Shown here piece after piece: positions 63,612 through 64,000 of a stretch of DNA of 64,000 nucleotides. Numbering within the stretch: position 1 is the stretch's first letter; every line of letters begins with the position of its first letter. Origin of the DNA: Callorhinchus milii (Eukaryota); the NCBI RefSeq assembly GCF_018977255.1, contig NW_024704742.1, positions 59,956,001 through 60,020,000 on the forward strand. The letters are read 5' to 3'. A program made the position numbers and the translations under genes. The notes under the pieces are model-generated. The model ran no database searches and was not told the origin of the DNA. It saw only the letters and a program-made list of their open reading frames with translations.

Positions 63612-64000
63612 GATCCTCATCCTCACCTACAAGGCCATTCACGGCCTTGCTCCCTCCTACCTCTCCAACCTACTATTCCCCTACCTACCTGCCCGTACCC
63701 TCCGTTCCTCTGGCTCTGGTCTGCTCCACGTCCCCCGCCCCAATCGCCCTACCATCGGTGGCCGGGCCTTCAGCCTCTCAGCCCCGAGGCTCTGGAACTC
63801 CATCCCCCAGTGCCTTCGCCTTGCTTCCTCCCTTTCCTCCTTCAAGGCCGGTCTCAAAACCTTTCTCTTTGACCGTGCCTTCAGCTCCCCTCTCGACTCT
63901 CTTCCCCCTCCTCGCTCCCTCCCTTCCCTCCCCTCACCCTGACCATTTCCCCCCTCCTTGCTCCCTCCCTTCCATCACCCTGACCATTTCCCCCCCCCCT
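63612..64000 (+). mobile_element. Young L2 3' fragment (runs off the window)
   Basis: Near-identical to 2022-2410 (about 6 substitutions and 1 indel over the first ~345 nt). Keeps the frame ...SAPRLWNSIPQCLRLASS... Confidence 0.95.

Overview
Eukaryotic, repeat-dense, AT-rich non-coding DNA (intronic or intergenic). The repeat content (CR1 LINEs with (ATTCTATG)n tails, L2 LINEs with (TTG)n tails, tRNA-Ala-headed SINEs with Deu-like bodies and L2-type tails) points to a cartilaginous fish, probably a chimaera such as the elephant shark (inference). I could not identify any host protein-coding gene. Every long, recognisable ORF in the track comes from LINE ORF2 remnants, SINE bodies or a tandem repeat. 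Best-supported structures: (1) a three-level nested insertion L2 > CR1 > L2 at 0.9-5.6 kb with both target-site duplications (TSDs) readable; (2) a 784-bp solo LTR (26384-27167; TGTTAGAA...TTCTAACA, TSD ACAG) with CCAAT/TATA motifs and four CpG-rich ~39-bp hairpin-like repeats; (3) a probable non-autonomous Helitron at 25.0-25.65 kb; (4) eight copies or fragments of a young tRNA-Ala SINE whose 3' stem-loop covaries with that of the young L2, plus a longer variant with 64 extra bp. Several local duplications and weak exon or regulatory candidates are also noted. I find no convincing evidence of a new biological system. Boundaries of degenerate repeats are approximate, family names are recalled rather than searched, and all counts were made by eye.
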